64,000 bases of DNA, taken from assembly GCA_048886685.1 (NCBI GenBank), contig JBHLKM010000001.1, positions 96,001 to 160,000 of the forward strand. The letters are read 5' to 3'. This document shows positions 58,709 to 64,000 of this stretch, one piece after another (the first letter of the stretch is position 1; each line of letters opens with the position of its first letter). The translations under genes were made by a program, and so were the position numbers. The notes under the pieces are model-generated. The model was not told the origin of the DNA. It saw nothing but the letters and a program-made list of their open reading frames with translations, and searched no databases. This stretch comes from Candidatus Hodarchaeota archaeon. GTDB lineage: Archaea; Asgardarchaeota; Lokiarchaeia; Sigyniarchaeales; SOKP01.

Positions 58709-59992
58709 TTAGTAGAAATCTGTTTTCAATTTTTGAAGTTTGCTTATCTTGTAAAAATTCACAATCATCGAACCTAGAATACCTATTATTATTCCAATAA
58801 TTACCCAGAAATAGACTATATAACTTACATTACTACCATCATAAGGAATTATACTGATAGTTCCTCCTGAAAAAAGAGAGATTGGAAATATTTCAGGATT
58901 ATTTAAAAGAATTAAAAAGACGGGGATATATGCTAGTGAATAAAGCGCTTCAATTACTAACATTACTTGTTGACCTGTGTGATTTCTCACTCCAACTGCT
59001 AATCGAATTAGATTAATTAATCCACTGATAACTATTAATAATCCAAATATTTTTAACCAGTCGAGGAATTCAGGAACGAATAAATCTGGAATTTCAGCGA
59101 AAGGTTGAATAATGATGAATAATCCAAATATTAATCCTCCAATAGCACCAAAAATTAATTCACCAATTGTAACTGGTTGTCTTTTTCTCACTTCTTTTTT
59201 TATTTTAGCCTCCTCTCGTCTTTCTTCTGTACGCTCTCTTGCTCTTTGCTGTCTTTCTTCTCTTCTTAATTTTGATTCTAGCAGTTTTTGCTCTCTCCGT
59301 AATTCTGCTACTTCTAATTTTTCTTGTCTGAGAGCTTTTATTTCCTCCAATTTTTCTTTGGTACGTAATCTTGCTTCTACTATTGTTTCTCTTGCTTTTT
59401 GACTAGCTTCTTCTAACTTAATTTTAGTATATTCTCTAGTTTCTTTTAATCCCTTTTCTGAGATATGGAATGGAAATAATGATGCTAATCGTGAGGGAAT
59501 CATACCAAAATCTTCAGGTAAAAAACCTTGCATTGAGAAATATACAAATACTATAGTAATTACAATAGCAGTAATTAAACAACCAATCCACACCCCTGTA
59601 AACATGCTACCTAGAACTTTCCACCAAGGTTCAAAAAAAAATTGAAAAGTTGACACAATTACAGTTATTGTAATGACGATTATAAAGAAAAAGAGCATTG
59701 ATCTCATGTAAAAATCAAAAAGCTCTTCCGTAATATACAATTTAGGCGTACCCCGTTGTTTATAAAATTTTGCAATGCTCTCAGGAGTACCAATTTGGTA
59801 TAAAGCTTGTTGTATATCAAAATCAGAGGGTTCTTGACCCTCTGCAATATTTCTTGCTTCATTTAAGATCTGGTTATTCAAATCATTTAAAATTTTATCA
59901 GCTTCTTCTTTTTTTAGTTTCAGCCACTCAGGAAATTTTTTATATACTTGAGTGAGAAAATCGTTAATCATTTGGTTTTCAGAATAGTTCAT
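58709..59992 (-). CDS. Membrane protein with N-terminal HAAS/DUF1700-like helical domain and internal coiled coil
   Basis: L..IGTPESIA..Y motif, 2 TM, ~85-aa E/K/R coil, then about 4 TM. Confidence 0.6.
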   Translation of the reverse strand: MNYSENQMINDFLTQVYKKFPEWLKLKKEEADKILNDLNNQILNEARNIAEGQEPSDFDIQQALYQIGTPESIAKFYKQRGTPKLYITEELFDFYMRSMLFFFIIVITITVIVSTFQFFFEPWWKVLGSMFTGVWIGCLITAIVITIVFVYFSMQGFLPEDFGMIPSRLASLFPFHISEKGLKETREYTKIKLEEASQKARETIVEARLRTKEKLEEIKALRQEKLEVAELRREQKLLESKLRREERQQRARERTEERREEAKIKKEVRKRQPVTIGELIFGAIGGLIFGLFIIIQPFAEIPDLFVPEFLDWLKIFGLLIVISGLINLIRLAVGVRNHTGQQVMLVIEALYSLAYIPVFLILLNNPEIFPISLFSGGTISIIPYDGSNVSYIVYFWVIIGIIIGILGSMIVNFYKISKLQKLKTDFY

Positions 59993-60112
59993 TTTGAGCC
60001 TTTAAATTTATTTTTGTATTTGTCTAAAGAAATTTTTAAGGCTTATTAAAACTAATGGAGCCCATTTTTTCAGCAGTTACATTGGAAAATTCGAAAAAAG
60101 AGGAGACAATCC

Positions 60113-60916
60113 TTACCATTTAAAATTAGGATTGAAAAATAGTATGGAGTTAAGCTTTTGCAAAGTAATAAAAACGATAACATAGTACCACCCGAGCGCG
60201 CTAAACATCATTATCCATTCAAGGAACTGCCGTGTCAATGGCTCTGGACATATTAAAAAGATTATAGAAGCTGTTGATGGACCTAATATCATAAAGTAAC
60301 CAACTGCTTTAGGAAACAATCTTTTTTTAAGCACTATTGCTAAACCTGTAAAAAAAGCACCAAATGCAAAGCCTCCGAATGCTAATGTAGAAAAATAATA
60401 ATGAGCATTTAATGGGGAACGATCAAGACTAAATATTCCAACAAAAAACATCCCGAATACCCCTACAAAAAGAAAAACTACTCCCATATATCCAAAAATT
60501 CTTCTAAATTTATTAATATAATGGGTACGTTTCGAATTATCTATATTCTCGGTCATATCTGAACTGTATAACCGACTTAAGTTTAAAATTAAAGGAACAA
60601 TGAAAATTGCTGATAAAGCGCAAGTTATATCTAAAATAAATGGTGCTGGAGTATGCTTAAATGACCCTAAATCACTGATATAATTTAACCATAAACTATA
60701 TGGAAGATGACCAAAATTTATGGCAACAATTAATCCTATTATTATTCCTGGTAAAAATGTGGCCAAACTCACATAAATTGAAATTTTAACAATTTTCGGC
60801 TCAGTTACCTTATCATAAAACTTTCTACTGTTCTGTTTAACTTTCAAGAATTTCTGAGTCACAAAGTTAACATAAAATTTATTAAATCGCTGCAAATAAG
60901 AATTTTTTTCGCTCAT
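60113..60916 (-). CDS. DUF998-like membrane protein
   Basis: YS...NYISDLG, VGIF, H...S, EW. Confidence 0.7.
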   Translation of the reverse strand: MSEKNSYLQRFNKFYVNFVTQKFLKVKQNSRKFYDKVTEPKIVKISIYVSLATFLPGIIIGLIVAINFGHLPYSLWLNYISDLGSFKHTPAPFILDITCALSAIFIVPLILNLSRLYSSDMTENIDNSKRTHYINKFRRIFGYMGVVFLFVGVFGMFFVGIFSLDRSPLNAHYYFSTLAFGGFAFGAFFTGLAIVLKKRLFPKAVGYFMILGPSTASIIFLICPEPLTRQFLEWIMMFSALGWYYVIVFITLQKLNSILFFNPNFKW

Positions 60917-61164
60917 GTTGTTCCTCTATATTAATGTTATAAATATCCCAATAATAATAAATTTATTCCAAGGTTTAAATAGGATATAGATAATTCTTAA
61001 CCCGTTTTTCTTATTTAATTTATAAATTATATCTATATATTTTTTTTGATCTCAATAAATTAACTCTTATATAATTAAACGAAAAAATTAATATGATTTT
61101 AATAAATATGACCTATTAGTTCATGGCGAATTGTAAGTTTCAACCATTATAAGTAGGATTAAAA

Positions 61165-61773
61165 TTGAAGCCTTTGTCTTGTATATTTGGTATTTTAATT
61201 ATTGCAATCTCTTGGGGTTCAGTGTTAATTTCAACTACATTAGCTCCTCCTCCATTCAGTCCTTTAAATAATTACATGAGTAATTTAGGTAATTCGTCAT
61301 TTAACCCTGATGGGGCGATTATCTATAATACTTCAGTAATTATTTCTGGGATTTTATTTATAATTTTTTTCACTGGGCTTTATCAGTGGTATTCTAGTTC
61401 AATAATAGATAATATCTTATTGAAAATGACCCAAATATTAGGTTTTCTCTTATCAATTACTATTATTATGACTGGAATTTTTTCTGAAAATTTTAAACGA
61501 CAACATGTTTTTTGGTCGATTTTAGCTGGTATCTTGGGCTTTCTGGTTAATGTTTTTATGGCAATATATTTATTTAAACAAAGAGAATCCAATAAAAAAG
61601 TTAATTATTCTATATTTTTCCTAATTGGACTTTATATTATACTTTTATTTATAATAAGTCCTGAAAATGTATTAACAGAATGGGTTGTGAGAATTTTAGG
61701 AGATACAAGCTTAATCCTAATGATATATAATTTTAACCAAATATATCAAATTAGGACAAAAACTATGAAATAA
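61165..61773 (+). CDS. DUF998-like membrane protein
   Basis: FSPLNNYMSNLG, GIFSE, H, EW. Confidence 0.7.
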   Translation: MKPLSCIFGILIIAISWGSVLISTTLAPPPFSPLNNYMSNLGNSSFNPDGAIIYNTSVIISGILFIIFFTGLYQWYSSSIIDNILLKMTQILGFLLSITIIMTGIFSENFKRQHVFWSILAGILGFLVNVFMAIYLFKQRESNKKVNYSIFFLIGLYIILLFIISPENVLTEWVVRILGDTSLILMIYNFNQIYQIRTKTMK

Positions 61774-62470
61774 TTGGTTCTAATTGTAAAGACATATACT
61801 TACCTGCAAGACGGTATAATTTAGTTGACATAATAAATATCCATGATAGTGGAACAGCAAGGCCTAATCGTTGTATCAGCCCATCAACTAGAGAAAGGTC
61901 GATGAAAATTGCTATAGGAGAAAATATTATTAAAAATATCCCAATTTGTAAGAAAAAAAGCCACCAATAATTCCGCCAGTTATGATCCTTCCATATTGGG
62001 TATAATGAAAGAAGGATCGCGGTAGGCATAGCAACTGAAGGAAATTTTATTAGCAAATTATGCCCTATACCTGTAAATGTTAGACTTTTACATCCAGTAT
62101 CACAAGGAAATGCTGCAAGTGAAAAAATACATATCCCAGAGACGATAAATAGAATCATACTTATCGTAGTTAATATGTGTTTCTTAACGCTAAGATAAAA
62201 CCCTAATCCAAAAAAAATCAAATAGAGCCCAAATACATTGAAACCTAAAATATTCATGATAATATTATGTGGGGCTTCAGAAGTGGCTAACTCACTAATA
62301 AATTGACTAATTGGATTATACCCAGGATAAAGAGAACCTAAAACTGCAAATACAATGGTATTTATCACTGGTCCTACAATTCCAAAAAGCGCTGATGTCT
62401 TCTGAAGTCTACTAATGTGTATTATATCCATATCCCTTAACCTAATAATTAACCATAAAGATGAAAACAA
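61763..62470 (-). CDS. DUF998 family membrane protein
   Basis: PGYNPISQFISEL, FPCD, GH, GL.QR. Confidence 0.8.
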   Translation of the reverse strand: MFSSLWLIIRLRDMDIIHISRLQKTSALFGIVGPVINTIVFAVLGSLYPGYNPISQFISELATSEAPHNIIMNILGFNVFGLYLIFFGLGFYLSVKKHILTTISMILFIVSGICIFSLAAFPCDTGCKSLTFTGIGHNLLIKFPSVAMPTAILLSLYPIWKDHNWRNYWWLFFLQIGIFLIIFSPIAIFIDLSLVDGLIQRLGLAVPLSWIFIMSTKLYRLAGKYMSLQLEPIIS

Positions 62471-62616
62471 TTAAAATTTTACTAGTTCACTATTTAAATA
62501 GAGAGATTCATACTTTAATTAATTTCGGAAAGGGAAAACTTTAAATAGGGTTAATTTCGTTTCATTTGGTTATTATTTTTTCCTACTGTTTACTTTTTCC
62601 GGATTTTATACTGTGT

Positions 62617-63999
62617 TTAATGTGAAGCATGCGTACTGCTCACATTGACTAACTTTGGTAAAATTAGGCATGAAGGATGATCTGGACCAACTAATAGTGT
62701 ATTATTGGCTATATTATAATTCAAATAACTATGTGCTAATGGAGCACCAGTATTAGGGTTTGTTGCGAACCGAGGGAAGTTTGAACTCGAAATCGCGACT
62801 CTAATTTGATGACCTGGAGCAAAAACATATGCAGTTGACCAGCAGTCGACTAGCAATTCATAAACATTAATCTGATTTCCTGACATAAATACATCCATAG
62901 TGTAGTTATAACGTGACCTTGTGGTTAAGGATCCGTCGCAAATTAGCATAGAACGCCCATCAGGATAAACATCGGTCAGCTTTACGGTAAAATCTGTGTC
63001 TGTACAGTTCGAACTGACAAATAAATTTCCCCAGATTCTCCCAACAATCTCAACTGACTCACTGAGTATGGGTGTTTCGAATATCAAGACGTCGGATCTG
63101 TTTTCGATAGATTTTTGATCCATAGGGCCACAAAGATCGAATGGTTGGTTCTGTCCACCAAGATTTGGAACAGGATTTCTTGGATCGTATAAATATGAAA
63201 AGTTTTTATTTGTGGAAGGAATCGTATTGTTAATCAAACCACCCGTTGAAGTAAAGTACCATTTATCATCCACGTGATCAAGAGGCCAATCATATGCGTA
63301 CCTCCAGTAATTCCATTCATCTGAATGAGTATCAACATCTCCCATTAAATAATATGCTACTCTTGTACCATCCCAATTTGTGGATTTTCCTAAAAGAGCA
63401 GCATCAAAAACATCTCGATCCCAACCAGTAACCATATCGAATCCGTTTGAATTTCTTGGATAAATTAGATCTCCTTGTTCAGTTGTCATAAAATTTACGT
63501 GAGTCCACGGTCCTATAATTAATTTTTGATGACCTCTTGCCGTTATAGTCCCATGATCATCATAACCAATATAACCATCAATGGTACCTTGCAAAAAGTG
63601 GTCATACCAACCCCCAACATGAATCCCATATACTGAAACATTAGAGTATGTAGGACCAATCGGTATTGATAAAGATGTCGAGTTATACAATGTTTCATTC
63701 TTAGGATTTGAAAATTCAAAAATTCTATCTAATTGATATCGCCAATTATCTGGAGCGGTACTTTCAAGCCATGTTTCAACAGATGATTTATGATATGATC
63801 CTTGGTAGATTGCGTGATCGTATAATTCCGGTGTTCCAAACCATAATTGTTGAGCAATTAATCCTTGAGGTGCCATTCCTGCATAAAAGTATTGGTTTAT
63901 GCAAAGAGCCGATGGTCCAGCGCTAGCAATTTTGCCATTACACCAGCTTTGATCTAGGATCCAATTAAGAGTATCAACTCCATCTAGATATGAGTTTAA
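62617..63999 (-). CDS. CocE/NonD family serine hydrolase, 5'-truncated by window edge
   Basis: Frame open to the window end with DG.D..NW...Q.W.NGK and GPSAL nucleophile elbow; GGWYD, GPWTH, YDP.NPVP, SSSNFPRF. Confidence 0.9.
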   Translation of the reverse strand, partial: LNSYLDGVDTLNWILDQSWCNGKIASAGPSALCINQYFYAGMAPQGLIAQQLWFGTPELYDHAIYQGSYHKSSVETWLESTAPDNWRYQLDRIFEFSNPKNETLYNSTSLSIPIGPTYSNVSVYGIHVGGWYDHFLQGTIDGYIGYDDHGTITARGHQKLIIGPWTHVNFMTTEQGDLIYPRNSNGFDMVTGWDRDVFDAALLGKSTNWDGTRVAYYLMGDVDTHSDEWNYWRYAYDWPLDHVDDKWYFTSTGGLINNTIPSTNKNFSYLYDPRNPVPNLGGQNQPFDLCGPMDQKSIENRSDVLIFETPILSESVEIVGRIWGNLFVSSNCTDTDFTVKLTDVYPDGRSMLICDGSLTTRSRYNYTMDVFMSGNQINVYELLVDCWSTAYVFAPGHQIRVAISSSNFPRFATNPNTGAPLAHSYLNYNIANNTLLVGPDHPSCLILPKLVNVSSTHASH

Positions 64000-64000
64000 A

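Noticed and set aside
4203-63926. Short ORFs in the track that overlap longer genes (e.g. 4203, 7019, 13384, 15897, 19828, 31673, 36675, 37680, 59112, 63708)
   Set aside because: Antisense or alternate-frame shadows of well-supported genes, with no recognisable motifs.

Overview
AT-rich (about 30% GC by eye), gene-dense archaeal chromosomal segment. Gene content points to an Asgard archaeon, most likely Lokiarchaeia (inference): an Arf/Rag-like small GTPase, a REC-longin-like fusion, a eukaryote-like E1/E2/JAB/RING set, archaeal AlaRS, DTD2, EndoQ, and F420/methanopterin biosynthesis genes. I found no rRNA, tRNA, CRISPR array or transposase. The main hit is a self-contained, apparently membrane-associated ubiquitin-like conjugation locus (30315-38256). 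It encodes two paralogous Ubls with acidic N-terminal tails that end in single-Gly ...IPASTAG, a membrane-anchored Ubl, a UBA2/UBA3-like E1, an E2, an Rpn11/CSN5-like JAB and a ~6-TM RING E3. It also encodes a wHTH regulator and a long coiled-coil protein that shares a KTP motif with both Ubl tails. Other notable items: (1) a GT2-bshB1-bshC bacillithiol-like operon lacking a GT4 BshA; (2) a histidine kinase / REC-longin / small GTPase cluster; (3) four genes that appear to start at ATT; (4) a duplicated Lrp 3' end flanking an inserted crotonase gene; (5) a glycyl-radical enzyme operon inside a pterin/F420 cofactor region. All calls come from reading motifs; no database searches were run.
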